A stretch of 64,000 nt of DNA from positions 672,001 to 736,000 of the forward strand of contig OZ245777.1 of assembly GCA_965227775.1 (NCBI GenBank), given 5' to 3'. Shown here in pieces: positions 37,457-47,574 of this stretch; within the stretch, counting starts at the first letter, position 1, and every line of letters begins with the position of its first letter. The DNA comes from Phycisphaerales bacterium (GTDB lineage: Bacteria; Planctomycetota; Phycisphaerae; Phycisphaerales; UBA1924). The translations under genes and the position numbers were made by a program. The notes under the pieces were generated by a model. That model was not told the origin of the DNA and did not search any database. It saw only the letters and a program-made list of their open reading frames with translations.

Positions 37457-37784
37457 GGCGCTGACGCTCCGCGATGGGCCGACGGCGATCGAGCAATGGC
37501 CCGGTCGGCTGAGGACGAGGCCCGTTGTCGGTTCGGGCCCAGAGTTTGGCTGTGATGGTACGGATGCGGACCGATCGGCCCGCGGCAAGGCGAGTGCGGC
37601 TTGGGCCCCTTAGCGGGGCGACGTAATTCGGCGCGCAGCCAGCATCAACGATCGTAGCAACAGCCTGTCGCTTATGGCGGGCTGCTCGATGGTGCGTCGA
37701 TACGGATATCCGCCACCCTCCGGCCCCGGGGGGCCGCTATCTTTCGGGCCCGCAGGTCCGCGGAAGCCTTTGTTGAAGGAGCCC

Positions 37785-40118
37785 ATGGCCGACCCCACGC
37801 GCCCAGCACCCAGCCTCGATGCCCTGGCCGAACTCGGCCGGAGCGAGGGGCTGCGCAAGGCCCGCCTGCTGCCGGCCGGCCTCCGTGCGATGGCCCTGGG
37901 CGAGGCCCTGCCCTGGCTGGATGGCAACGACCGCATGCGAGCCGCCGCATGGCTCATCCGCCGGGCCGCGCACGGCGACGGCCTTGCGGGCCTGGCTTCG
38001 ATTACCGCCAGCGCCGGCCAGCTGATCTTCGGCGGCAAGGGCCTGGCGGCCAGCCAGGAGTCGCTGTTCCAGCTCACGCGGAACTGGCAGTCCGTCCCCG
38101 AGCCGCTCCGCGCCCAGGCCCTCGACGCCGCCGGACCGGCCCGATGGGTCCGCGCGATCGAGCGAGCCACCCACCTCGACGAGCCACGAGCCCGCGCGTC
38201 GGCCGCCGAGGTCGCCGGCTTCGTGGGCGGCCGGATGGGCTCGCTCCAGGCCCTGCGACTCGCTGCCCCGTTGCTGGGTGACGAGGATCGGGGCGTTGCT
38301 ATGGCTGCCGAGCGGGCGCTCGTGCGCGCCACGGGCCGCGCCGCCGAGATCGACCTCGCCGGGCTGCACGCCCGCGAGGGCGACGCCGAGCCCGAGGTAA
38401 GCGAGCTGCAGGCCGGGCTCGCGACCGTGCAAGGCGTCGAAGAAGTCATCGCGCAAGCAGTCATCCACTTCGACGAGCACCGCCGCTTCGGCGTGCTGCT
38501 GGCAGCGCTGGCGCTCTTGGGCGAGGCCAGCGCCTCAGCCGGGCGTCGCGGCATCGGCACGCCTCTCGCGCAATGGCTCGCAACCAGGCCGACGAATCGC
38601 CGCGGCGACACCGCCGGCGCCCACGGCGCGCTCCGCACCGTGCTGCGCAAGGCCGACCTGCCCCTCGCTCGCCAGCGCGCCCTTGCCTGGATCGTGATGG
38701 ATCACCTGTCGCAAGCCGCGAGTGACCGCCTCAGCCGCGCGAACACGCCCGCCGAGCACGAGGCCGTGCTGCACCGGGCGTTCCTGACGCGGCGCCGCCT
38801 GCGTGCGAGCCGAGTCGCCGGCATGCAGGCCAGGCCGCGCATCCGCCAGACCGCCGAGCAGCTGGTGCCCCCACCGGACGCGAGCGACACCACGCTCGAC
38901 GATCGTGGCGCGCCACCGCTCGATTGGCCCGAGGCCTGCCCCGTGCCGGGCGAGGCGACTATCGAGCGGCTCGACACCGCGGCGCGCGCCGGGCTGGCCG
39001 AGTGGCTGGCGGCGCTTCAGCTCGATCGCCAGGTCCGCGCGCGTGTGCTCACGCCGCGCCTGACCGACGACGAGCCCCGCGTGCGACACGCGCTCGCCCG
39101 CTTCGGTCCGCCGACAATCATCGAAGACCTCGTCTACGACGCCGACGGTGCCATCGCGCGTTCGGCAGCGCTCAGCCTCAGCCGCCTGGGCGAGCCGCTC
39201 GAGGCCGTGCCCGCGGCGACACAGCCCGTGGATGGGTGGATGGCCTCGCTCGATCGGCACCCCGACGCCGTCGTCCGCATGATCGGCAGGCAAGAACTCG
39301 CCCGCGCCGGCAAGCGCGGGGCCGGGGCGCTCGCCGCGTGCTCGGCCCGCGCCGCGCTCAAGCGCACCGATGCGCGCGGCAGGTGGCTGGTTGCGGCGCT
39401 CGAGTCTGGTGATCCGGCACAACAGATCGAAGCCATGACGCTTGCGCGGCGCCTCCGCCTGCCCGCGACGCACGAGGGCGTGCGCGATGTGCTGCTGGCG
39501 GCGGTCATGGTCGCCGGGCCAGCGAGCGGCCTTGCAGAAGACGATGAGCGCCAGCGCGTTGCCGCGTCGGCCGTGCGGGCGCTCTCGATCGCTCCCGGCC
39601 GCGAGGTGAGCAAGGCCATCGAGGCCGCGTGCCGATACCCGGCCGCCCGCGTGCGCGCCAACGCGGTCGAAGCCATCGACGATCGGCGGCGTCGCGGGCT
39701 GATCGAGGCGCCCGCCGACCGCTTTGTCGAGCTCACCGGAGACGAGCACCAGCGCGTACGCGCCAACGCCGTGCGGGCCGGGCTCATCGGCGTGGAGCGC
39801 AAGCCTGATCGATCGGCCAAGCAAGCCAGCGAGGTGGCGCTGCGGACCATGCTGGGCGATGAGCGGCCGGCCCACCGCGTGTCGGGCCTGTGGGTCGCTG
39901 GGCGCGTGCTTCGGCGCGGGCCGGAGCTCTCGTTGGGGCGGCGCTGGACCGAGCTGGCCGCCGTCATCGCCGACATGGCGCGACACGACGCCGACCCCGG
40001 TGCGCGCGCACGGGCGGCCGCGTGCCTGGGCAGCCTGGAAGCAGAGGCCCGCCAACGCTGGCAACGCGGCGCGGCCCGCACGAGCAACGGCAAGCGGCAG
40101 AAGGGAGCGGTCGCATGA
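37785..40118 (+). CDS. HEAT-repeat-like hypothetical protein
   Basis: AAGGAG SD; repeated D..(P/A/Q)RVR(A/H)NA/AL helical units. Confidence 0.7.
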   Translation: MADPTRPAPSLDALAELGRSEGLRKARLLPAGLRAMALGEALPWLDGNDRMRAAAWLIRRAAHGDGLAGLASITASAGQLIFGGKGLAASQESLFQLTRNWQSVPEPLRAQALDAAGPARWVRAIERATHLDEPRARASAAEVAGFVGGRMGSLQALRLAAPLLGDEDRGVAMAAERALVRATGRAAEIDLAGLHAREGDAEPEVSELQAGLATVQGVEEVIAQAVIHFDEHRRFGVLLAALALLGEASASAGRRGIGTPLAQWLATRPTNRRGDTAGAHGALRTVLRKADLPLARQRALAWIVMDHLSQAASDRLSRANTPAEHEAVLHRAFLTRRRLRASRVAGMQARPRIRQTAEQLVPPPDASDTTLDDRGAPPLDWPEACPVPGEATIERLDTAARAGLAEWLAALQLDRQVRARVLTPRLTDDEPRVRHALARFGPPTIIEDLVYDADGAIARSAALSLSRLGEPLEAVPAATQPVDGWMASLDRHPDAVVRMIGRQELARAGKRGAGALAACSARAALKRTDARGRWLVAALESGDPAQQIEAMTLARRLRLPATHEGVRDVLLAAVMVAGPASGLAEDDERQRVAASAVRALSIAPGREVSKAIEAACRYPAARVRANAVEAIDDRRRRGLIEAPADRFVELTGDEHQRVRANAVRAGLIGVERKPDRSAKQASEVALRTMLGDERPAHRVSGLWVAGRVLRRGPELSLGRRWTELAAVIADMARHDADPGARARAAACLGSLEAEARQRWQRGAARTSNGKRQKGAVA

Positions 40119-40603
40119 AGCGAATCCTCGTGCTTGCGTTTGTGCTCGTGCTGATCCCCACGCTCGCGTTGGCGCAAGAGAGCTACCGGCTCGGACCGAT
40201 CGAGATCATTAACGAGGGCGCGCCGACCGACGACGTCGTGCGCGAGCCCACGGCCGCCGGCAGCTGGACCGACGCGCTCACGCCCGCGATGAAGCTGGGC
40301 ATCGTGTTCGTCGCCGTGGGCGTACCGATGGCGATCGTGGTGCTCGGCCGCCTGTGGCGCGGCCAGCCCGAGCACGAGCGGGCCCTCATACTGCTCAGCG
40401 TCGCCATGGGCCGCGGCCGCGGCTTCCGCAACCGCGTGCGTTCGCTCTCGGGCTCGCACGGCCCCGGCCGCCGCCCCATCTCGCCCATCGCGATGCTGCT
40501 GGCCCCACGTGCATTCGACACGGCCCTCGACACCGCCACCCACGCCGAACGCGCCTACGGCGTCCCCCTCCGCCACGCCGTCCACGGCTTCCGCAAGAAC
40601 TAA
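40115..40603 (+). CDS. hypothetical membrane protein
   Basis: ATGA overlap with the upstream gene; signal peptide MKRILVLAF..ALA and one TM. Confidence 0.7.
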   Translation: MKRILVLAFVLVLIPTLALAQESYRLGPIEIINEGAPTDDVVREPTAAGSWTDALTPAMKLGIVFVAVGVPMAIVVLGRLWRGQPEHERALILLSVAMGRGRGFRNRVRSLSGSHGPGRRPISPIAMLLAPRAFDTALDTATHAERAYGVPLRHAVHGFRKN

Positions 40604-40604
40604 A

Positions 40605-41990
40605 TCACTCGCAGCCCGCGTCGAACGCTGTCTGGAACGCCAGGAAGTCGAACAGCGTCAGCTCGCCGTCGCCATCGAAGTCGGCGGTTGTGTCGCCGTC
40701 CTCGAAGAGGTTGAGGAAGGTGAGGAAGTCGAAGATGGTGAGGGTGCCATCGGCGTCGATATCGGCCGGGCAGTTGCCGCAGGTAAGGTCGAAGAAGTAG
40801 GCGGCGCCGGTCTGGCTGCCGGAGGCGTCGATCTCGTCGGGCGCGCCCGCCAGAGCATGGCCGCTGCGCATGACGACGGGCTGGCCGTAGCGGCGGGCGT
40901 AGATCGGCGGATCGGGCACGAGCGCCGACACCTGCTGCCAGCCGTTACCCGGCCGACGCTCGAAACGCAGCACGCGGCCTTCGACCGTCGCCGTCCGCGT
41001 AGCGCCCTCGGTCGCGAGGAGCATATCGCCTTGGATCGCAACGGAGATGCCGAAGACGGCGCTCTTCATCGGCGGATCGTGGGTGATCTCCTGCTCGAGT
41101 AGCCAGTGCTGGCCGTCGTACGAGTACGTCTGCACGATGCCCTGGAGTTCGAACTCGCGCTCGCTCAACGCGGCACCGATGGCCAGGGTCTGCCCATCGA
41201 AGTCGATCGCAACACCAAAGCCGCGTGTTCCAGGAGACTCTATCTTCTGCACGAACTCCAGCGTGTTGTCGGCGCGCTTGCGGTACGCGTACACCGCGCC
41301 GGCCCTCGAACTGACTGTGCTCTCGAAGTACGCACTCAGGAAGATCCACTCGTCCAAAGCAACGCCCGCGCAGCCAAAGCAGTCGGCGCTCACTAACGGC
41401 GCGGGTGGATGGAACTTCTCACTGAGTATCCATTCACCATCGGCGAATTCATAGCGATACACGTTGGCTGGCCTGCTCGACTTAACCAGCGCAACGTCAC
41501 CCGACAGATAGACGCCAGCGCCAAAGAGCTCGGCGACCTCCGCAGGCGGTTGCAGCCTGCCGGTCTCAAACCACTCGCCGTCTTCAAGCTCATAGATGTA
41601 CGCGACGCCCTGTCTGAAACCGACGCCAGGCCATGCCGCCCCCATCCCACCCACGATCAGGCGGTCGCCGTCGGTGTCGATGCTGGTACCGAAGAAGTCG
41701 TACGGCGAGACATCGGGCGGCACAAGCGTCTGCACAAGCTCGAGCCGTCCGTCGAACTCCTGGTAGATGAAAACAGCACCGGTCGCGCACTGGAAAGCAG
41801 AGCCACTACAGAGTGTTCGGGCGTTCGGGTCAGCCACGAACCAATACTCACCATTGGTTGAAACTTCGAGTCCGAATCCAGATGTTGGTATCTCGATGGG
41901 TGAAGTGAGCCGTTGTGGCTCGCATAGCTCATTCCCGAGCACCGCGCACCGAGACAGAGCAACGGCACAGACTAGTGCACACGCGCGCAT
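40605..41990 (-). CDS. secreted FG-GAP-like repeat (beta-propeller) protein with GC-type dockerin tail
   Basis: Repeats FG.S(V/I).....L.VGA.....GAVY; C-terminal ADIDADG.LT.FDFL x2 ending AGCE. Confidence 0.85.
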   Translation of the reverse strand: MRACALVCAVALSRCAVLGNELCEPQRLTSPIEIPTSGFGLEVSTNGEYWFVADPNARTLCSGSAFQCATGAVFIYQEFDGRLELVQTLVPPDVSPYDFFGTSIDTDGDRLIVGGMGAAWPGVGFRQGVAYIYELEDGEWFETGRLQPPAEVAELFGAGVYLSGDVALVKSSRPANVYRYEFADGEWILSEKFHPPAPLVSADCFGCAGVALDEWIFLSAYFESTVSSRAGAVYAYRKRADNTLEFVQKIESPGTRGFGVAIDFDGQTLAIGAALSEREFELQGIVQTYSYDGQHWLLEQEITHDPPMKSAVFGISVAIQGDMLLATEGATRTATVEGRVLRFERRPGNGWQQVSALVPDPPIYARRYGQPVVMRSGHALAGAPDEIDASGSQTGAAYFFDLTCGNCPADIDADGTLTIFDFLTFLNLFEDGDTTADFDGDGELTLFDFLAFQTAFDAGCE

Positions 41991-41996
41991 ACCCAC

Positions 41997-42025
41997 ATTC
42001 TGACCGAAATCACCCGCCGATGCAA
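41997..42025 (-). promoter_or_regulatory. sigma70-like promoter, probably leaderless transcript
   Basis: TTGCAT-N17-CAGAAT-N6-ATG on the minus strand. Confidence 0.5.
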
Positions 42026-42051
42026 GTAAAACATGCACCGAGACCGGTCAC

Positions 42052-42612
42052 TCACGCATCGCTGCGATCAACGATCCGGTAGCTCTCGCGCTCGCCGCGG
42101 CCGCGCACCGGGTAGTCCTTGCGCAGCGGGTGGGCGGGGTAGGCCTCCCACGTCAGGATGCGACGCAGGTCGGGGTGGCCCGTGAAGCGGATGCCGTACA
42201 TGTCGAAGACCTCGCGCTCGGGCCACTCGGCGCCGGGCCAGATGTCGGTCACGGTGTCTACCACGAGCGCCGGATCTTCCTCGATGCCGTCGGTGGGCAG
42301 CGAGGGATCGACATAGGTCTTGACGAAGAAGCGGTCCTCGCTCTGCGTGTTGACCATGTTGTAGATGACGCCGAAGCGGCCGGGCATGTCGCCGGGGTAG
42401 TTCAGGTAGTCGGCGGCGGTGACCTCGGAGAGGAAGTCGTAGCCGCGGTCGTTCTTGAGGAACGCCAGCACGGCGTGCGCGTCCTTGGGCTCGACGATCA
42501 GTGACGACTGGCCGCGGAACTCCGTGCCGCTCAGCTTCACGCCGGGGAAGGCGTCCTTCACGGCCTTGAAGTTGGGGTGGTCGAGCGTGGGCGTGCGGGG
42601 CTCGTCGGGCAT
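42052..42612 (-). CDS. nuoC: NADH-quinone oxidoreductase subunit C
   Basis: [33 protein letters not shown]. Confidence 0.93.
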   Translation of the reverse strand: MPDEPRTPTLDHPNFKAVKDAFPGVKLSGTEFRGQSSLIVEPKDAHAVLAFLKNDRGYDFLSEVTAADYLNYPGDMPGRFGVIYNMVNTQSEDRFFVKTYVDPSLPTDGIEEDPALVVDTVTDIWPGAEWPEREVFDMYGIRFTGHPDLRRILTWEAYPAHPLRKDYPVRGRGERESYRIVDRSDA

Positions 42613-42630
42613 GCTGGCTCCCTGCGGCGG

Positions 42631-43266
42631 TCAGGTGGTCGCGGACGCAGAGGGTAGGACGCCGGCCTCGCGCAGCATGTCGAGCTGCGCGGGAACATCC
42701 TCGTCGTAGAGCGCGATCGGCCGCTCGAACGGGCCGTGCTCGCGCAGCACAGCCAACAGATCGTGGTAGTCGACCGACCCTCGGGTCAGCGGCGCGAGCA
42801 CCAATATGTCGTCGTGCTCGCCGTCGGCCTCGCCCAACGCTGGCCGCTCGGCCCCGGTCAGCAGCACCGCCGCCACGCGCTCGTGGTTGCCCAGGGCTTC
42901 GAGGATGCGCGTCAGATGGTCCTGGGCGTCTTCGGCCATGCCCGCCGTCAGCATGGCGGTGGGTTCCAAGAAGATGCCCAGGGCCTCGGTCTCGAACAGC
43001 CCCAGCACGCGGCGGACGCTGGGAGCGTCCGATATCACGTGCCGCACGTGGGGCCGCAGCAGCAGGCGGGCGCCAGCGGCCTCGAACTTCGGCAATAACT
43101 CGGCGAGCTTGGCCTCGAGCGTCTCCCAACCTGTAGCCGTCCACGTGCGCGGATCGTGGTGGAAGACGCCCGACTCGGGCAGCGCTTCCTCGTCGAACCA
43201 GCCAGACCAAGCGATCAGTGTTTGGTCGGGTTGGGGCTCGATGGCGTCGGAAAAAATGTTGGCCAT
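42631..43266 (-). CDS. hypothetical protein, possibly degenerate sugar-phosphate isomerase/epimerase TIM barrel
   Basis: IAWSG, LLLRPH..HVISD, GSVD pattern; start uncertain (could extend to about 43343). Confidence 0.55.
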   Translation of the reverse strand: MANIFSDAIEPQPDQTLIAWSGWFDEEALPESGVFHHDPRTWTATGWETLEAKLAELLPKFEAAGARLLLRPHVRHVISDAPSVRRVLGLFETEALGIFLEPTAMLTAGMAEDAQDHLTRILEALGNHERVAAVLLTGAERPALGEADGEHDDILVLAPLTRGSVDYHDLLAVLREHGPFERPIALYDEDVPAQLDMLREAGVLPSASATT

Positions 43267-43477
43267 CAACACGGGCCAGTCGGGCTCAGCACCTTGTGAG
43301 CCGACTGACCACCCACCACCAGACCTTGGGCCGAAGAGCAGCATGACCCAGTTTACGCGTGCGAGAAGGGCGTTCGCACGTCCGGAAAATGTCAATCGGC
43401 GGCTTTGGAAGGGCCGAAACCACCGCACCCCGGGGTCGGCCAGTCGAACGGCACCCGGGAACATCGGAGAAGACACG

Positions 43478-43753
43478 ATGCGCGACCTGGCTGCGATGCC
43501 CGAGTCGTGCGAGATGGCGGAGATCCACTCGCCTGGCCCTACAACGCGATTGACCCGGGAGCAGGTCGTCGATCGCATCATCACCATCAACCGATCGGCT
43601 TCGCCCGCCTTCTTAGAGAGATTTGCCGAGCCGCAGCTGCGGCACTACCTCGATCACCTGACCCACACCACCGACGAGCGGCCCAACGTGCCGTGGGTCC
43701 GTCGCGGCGAAACCCCGGCGATCGTGGGTCGCTCGGCCGACGGCCACACCTGA
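43478..43753 (+). CDS. small hypothetical protein
   Basis: GGAG SD before ATG; LTREQVVDRIITINRSA..AFLERF...LRHYLDHL; protein-like composition and codon bias. Confidence 0.6.
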   Translation: MRDLAAMPESCEMAEIHSPGPTTRLTREQVVDRIITINRSASPAFLERFAEPQLRHYLDHLTHTTDERPNVPWVRRGETPAIVGRSADGHT

Positions 43754-44107
43754 GCACCCGATCGCCATCGAGGCCCTTGGCCGAGAGCGCATCACGATAA
43801 ACCTGAGAGTCTCTACAAGGGCTCGGCGCACGCGCGTCGGGCCCTCTTGCATGCGCCCCATAACCACCACGGTGGGCAGCATCGCCGTCGATTCTGGTCC
43901 GATTTCTCCAGTCGGACTTCAGGCGCGGTTTGAGAGGGCCGAAACAACCGGCATGGGTGGCGCGACCGGACGCCGTTGTTCGGCTTGGCCGCCCGCGAGA
44001 GTTGTCCGCTGCGGCATTGGTTCGTGGCGGCGCGTGCAGCGGGGGCCGCGGTTGGCCCGCCGAAACCGGAATCACGGCACCGTGAACCAGGGATGGAGAC
44101 CCGAACG

Positions 44108-45508
44108 ATGATGAACAGCAGCATGAACTCGACCGTCCTGGCCGCCGCTCTGATCGCGGTTGCCGGGCTCACCACCGCCTGCACGACCAGCTCGGGCACG
44201 GGCGTGGCCAGCGGCCCGGTCATCCGAAGCGGCGAGCAGCAGACCGGCTCGTCGGCGACGACCACGAACAGGTTTCGCACGCCCGTGGCCAGCAACAACT
44301 ACGACCGCAACCGCTCGCCCTCGACCAGCACCCCCATCGATCCCTACGCCATCGGCCTGACCGCCGACGGCTCGCAGGGCTTCCAGCGCACCGGCGTCGC
44401 TCCGCAGTCGGGCGAACGCCTGAGCCTGAGCCCCAAGACGCCCGCGCAGTTCCAGCCGACCGACGCCGTGCACGGCTTCTACGGCGAGGTCTTCACCGAC
44501 AACGCCGGCCTGGTCGCGCTCGACCCCGACCGCATCGGCGGCAACAACCTTGCGCAGGTGAGCTTCAGCGTTGAGGGTGCCGACTTCGATCCCGACGTGT
44601 CGCCCGACGGCCGCTACATCACCTTCGCCAGCACGCAGCACAGCCTGACCAGCGACATCTTCATCAAGCCGGTCGACAGCCGCGTTATCACCCGCCTGAC
44701 CAAGAGCGAGGGCAACGACGTGATGCCCAAGTTCAGCCCCGACGGCCAGCGTGTCGCGTTCTCGAGCAACCGCTCGGGCAACTGGGACCTGTTCGTCATG
44801 CCGACGACCGGCGGCAAGGCCGTGCAGATCACCACCGAGAGCAGCCACGAGCTGCACCCGACCTGGTCGCCCGATGGCAAGTACCTTGCCTTCAGCCGCC
44901 TGGGCGAGGTCAGCGGCAAGTGGGAGATCTGGGTCACCGAAGTGGGCAACCCGGGCGTCAGCAAGTTCCTGACCTACGGCCTGTTCCCGCAGTGGTCGCC
45001 CGTGACGGGCAACAGCGCCACCGGCAACGGCGAGCGCATCTTGTTCCAGCAGAGCAAGCAGCGCGGCGATCGCGCCTTCACCGTCTGGAGCCTGGACTTC
45101 AACGGCATGACCGCCAGCAACCTGACCCAGGTCGCCTCGAGCCCCTACGCCGCATGCATCAACCCGGCCTGGAGCCGCGACGGCAAGTGGATCAGCTTCG
45201 CCACCGTTCCGAACCCCACCCAGTGGGCCAAGATGGACGAGACCCGTCCGACCTCGGCCCAGCTCTGGATGGTCGCGAACGACGGCACCTCGCTGGTTGA
45301 GCTGACCGACGACAACGCCGTGAACCTGATGCCCACCTGGGGCCCGGGCAACGAGATCTTCTACATCTCCGACCGCGGCGGTGTGGACAACATCTGGTCG
45401 ATGAGCGCCAACAACGCCATCCTCGCGGCCACCGGCATCGACCCGGACATCAACAACCCGTCCGGCCAGGGCCCGTCGTACACCGGCGTGCCCGACAGCG
45501 GCAACTAA
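44108..45508 (+). CDS. TolB-like PD40-repeat beta-propeller lipoprotein
   Basis: Lipobox LTTAC; repeats P.(V/F/W)SPDG...F.S.R.G.WD; strongly biased codons. Confidence 0.88.
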   Translation: MMNSSMNSTVLAAALIAVAGLTTACTTSSGTGVASGPVIRSGEQQTGSSATTTNRFRTPVASNNYDRNRSPSTSTPIDPYAIGLTADGSQGFQRTGVAPQSGERLSLSPKTPAQFQPTDAVHGFYGEVFTDNAGLVALDPDRIGGNNLAQVSFSVEGADFDPDVSPDGRYITFASTQHSLTSDIFIKPVDSRVITRLTKSEGNDVMPKFSPDGQRVAFSSNRSGNWDLFVMPTTGGKAVQITTESSHELHPTWSPDGKYLAFSRLGEVSGKWEIWVTEVGNPGVSKFLTYGLFPQWSPVTGNSATGNGERILFQQSKQRGDRAFTVWSLDFNGMTASNLTQVASSPYAACINPAWSRDGKWISFATVPNPTQWAKMDETRPTSAQLWMVANDGTSLVELTDDNAVNLMPTWGPGNEIFYISDRGGVDNIWSMSANNAILAATGIDPDINNPSGQGPSYTGVPDSGN

Positions 45509-45534
45509 TCAGAAACCCTTATCTCCGATCCCTG

Positions 45535-45565
45535 CAACGCCCGGTAACTCCGGGCGTTGTTCTTT
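45535..45565 (+). terminator. probable intrinsic terminator
   Basis: CAACGCCCGG-TAACT-CCGGGCGTTG followed by TTCTTT. Confidence 0.7.
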
Positions 45566-45582
45566 GGTGCAACAATACAGGC

Positions 45583-46371
45583 ATGAACCCATGGGGCGTG
45601 AGCCGTGCCGTCCTGCTGCTATCGCTTGCTGTTCTGCTGGCAGGGGCGCTTGTCGGTTGCGCCAAGCCCGACCCGCTGAAGCCGCCGCAGCAGCTGATGT
45701 CGCCCTACGCCAGCACGCCGGCCGAACCGGTGTGGGCTGTTGTACCACTGCGGAATGAGAGCGGCACGACATCCGTCGACCGCCTGGCCGTGAGCGACAC
45801 GCTGGTGGCCACCATCACCCAAGCGCGGGGGCTGCGGGCCTTGCCGCTCAATCGCACGCTCGACGCGATGGCCAGCCTGGACATGACCTTCCCCCAGACC
45901 CCGGCCGATCTCGATCGGCTGGCTCGGGCGGTCGGCGCCGACGGGGTCGTGGTCGGCAGCATCACGGCGTACGACCCGTACGAACCGATCATGGGCATCG
46001 CGCTGGGGCTCTATGCGAGGCCCGGCGCGCTGGCGAACCGTGGATCGAGCGAGATCGAGATCGATCCGCGCAACCTCCGCGACGAGCCGACCACGTACGA
46101 CTACTTCGGCACACAGAGCCTCGAAGGTCGCGGACCGGCGAGCTCGGTCATGCTGGTGCTCGATGGTCGCGACGACGACGTGAAGATGCGGGTGCGCCGG
46201 TACGCCGAGGGTCGCCAGCAGTCGGTGTCCTCCCTTCGGTGGGAGCGGTACCTGCGGAGCATGCCCGCCTACGAGCGTTTCGTCACATTCGAGGCGGTGG
46301 GCCTGCTGCTGCAGCGCGAGTGGGTTCGTCTCGGGCGGCAGCGGGCCGCGGACGGATCAGTGGATGGATGA
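45583..46371 (+). CDS. hypothetical lipoprotein (alpha/beta fold, CsgG/FlgO-like region)
   Basis: Lipobox LVGC; AVVPLRNESG, LARAVGADGVVVGSITAYDPY. Confidence 0.7.
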   Translation: MNPWGVSRAVLLLSLAVLLAGALVGCAKPDPLKPPQQLMSPYASTPAEPVWAVVPLRNESGTTSVDRLAVSDTLVATITQARGLRALPLNRTLDAMASLDMTFPQTPADLDRLARAVGADGVVVGSITAYDPYEPIMGIALGLYARPGALANRGSSEIEIDPRNLRDEPTTYDYFGTQSLEGRGPASSVMLVLDGRDDDVKMRVRRYAEGRQQSVSSLRWERYLRSMPAYERFVTFEAVGLLLQREWVRLGRQRAADGSVDG

Positions 46372-46549
46372 GAAGCCGGACGAATGCGGGTAAACCGGTA
46401 TCGATGGGGCGAAAAAAGTGTCCCAGAAAAGTCAATCGGAAGGAAACCCGCCTTTTGAACTGGCCGATATCTCAGGAGTCGAGCGTGCGAGTGGGACCTC
46501 GCGATGACGCCGGCAGGGCCCGCGGTGGGCCCCGCGAAGGAGTGCAGAC

Positions 46550-47551
46550 ATGACGGCATTGCCGCTCACCGAAGCTTTCAGCACCTACCTGACCGATGAG
46601 CGTCAGTTCAGCCCCTACACCGCCCGGTGCTATGGCGCAGACCTGAAGCAGTTCATCGAGTTCCTTGTCGAGCACCTCAAGCGCGACATCGACTCGTCCG
46701 CCGAGCAAGCCGCCTACGACCGTCGCCTTGCCGGGCAGAAGGGCAATGGCCCGACGCTGACCGACGCCATCTGCGAGGCCGACAGCGAGCTCATCCGCAA
46801 GTTCCTCGAGCACCTCGACGCCCACCACTACTCGGCCGCCACGCTTGCGCGCAAGATCGCGACGCTGCGTTCGTTCTTCAAGTGGGCCGTGCGCGGCAAG
46901 GTCGCTTCGAGCAACCCGATGGTGCAGATCCGCACGCCCCGCCAGACCAAGCGTCTGCCCAAGGCCATCACGATCGAGCAGGTCGAGCAGCTCCTGAGCG
47001 CTCCGGACGAGAAGGACGTGCTGGGCACGCGCGACCGCGCCATCCTGCAGACGCTCTATTCCACGGGCCTGCGCGTCAGCGAGCTCGTCGGCCTTACTTT
47101 CGCGGACGTGGATTTCGAGCAGCGCGTCATCCGCGTGAAGGGCAAGGGCAACAAGGAGCGCCTGGTGCCGCTGGGCGAGCGCGCCATGGAGACCATGGGC
47201 CGCTACGTCGAGCGCTTGCGCACCGACCCGCGCTTCGGGAACGTGCTCAAGGGCGAGGCGAACCAGACCCCGCTGTTTATCAACAAGCACGGCAAGCGTC
47301 TAAGCAGCCGCTCGGTCCGCCGCAAGCTCGACAAGTACCTCAGCATGGTGGGCCTCGACTCTTCGATCAGCCCGCACACGCTGCGTCACACCTTCGCCAC
47401 GCACCTTCTGGACAACGGCGCCGACCTGCGAGCCGTGCAGGCGCTGCTGGGCCACCAGTCGCTGAGCACGACACAGGTGTACACGCACCTGAGCGGCCAG
47501 CGCCTCCGCGAGAGCTACGACAAGGCGCACCCGCGGGCCGAGGCCAGCTGA
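46550..47551 (+). CDS. xerC: XerC/XerD-family tyrosine recombinase
   Basis: RDRAILQTLYSTGLRVSEL, GKGNKER, HTLRHTFATH, LLGH, TTQVYTH; XerC versus XerD not resolved. Confidence 0.85.
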   Translation: MTALPLTEAFSTYLTDERQFSPYTARCYGADLKQFIEFLVEHLKRDIDSSAEQAAYDRRLAGQKGNGPTLTDAICEADSELIRKFLEHLDAHHYSAATLARKIATLRSFFKWAVRGKVASSNPMVQIRTPRQTKRLPKAITIEQVEQLLSAPDEKDVLGTRDRAILQTLYSTGLRVSELVGLTFADVDFEQRVIRVKGKGNKERLVPLGERAMETMGRYVERLRTDPRFGNVLKGEANQTPLFINKHGKRLSSRSVRRKLDKYLSMVGLDSSISPHTLRHTFATHLLDNGADLRAVQALLGHQSLSTTQVYTHLSGQRLRESYDKAHPRAEAS

Positions 47552-47574
47552 GCAACGTCCCGGCGAAGCACTGA

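Noticed and set aside
46550..47551. Tyrosine recombinase as a mobile-element integrase
   Set aside because: Size and motifs match chromosomal XerC/D; no att repeats, cargo or compositional shift seen.
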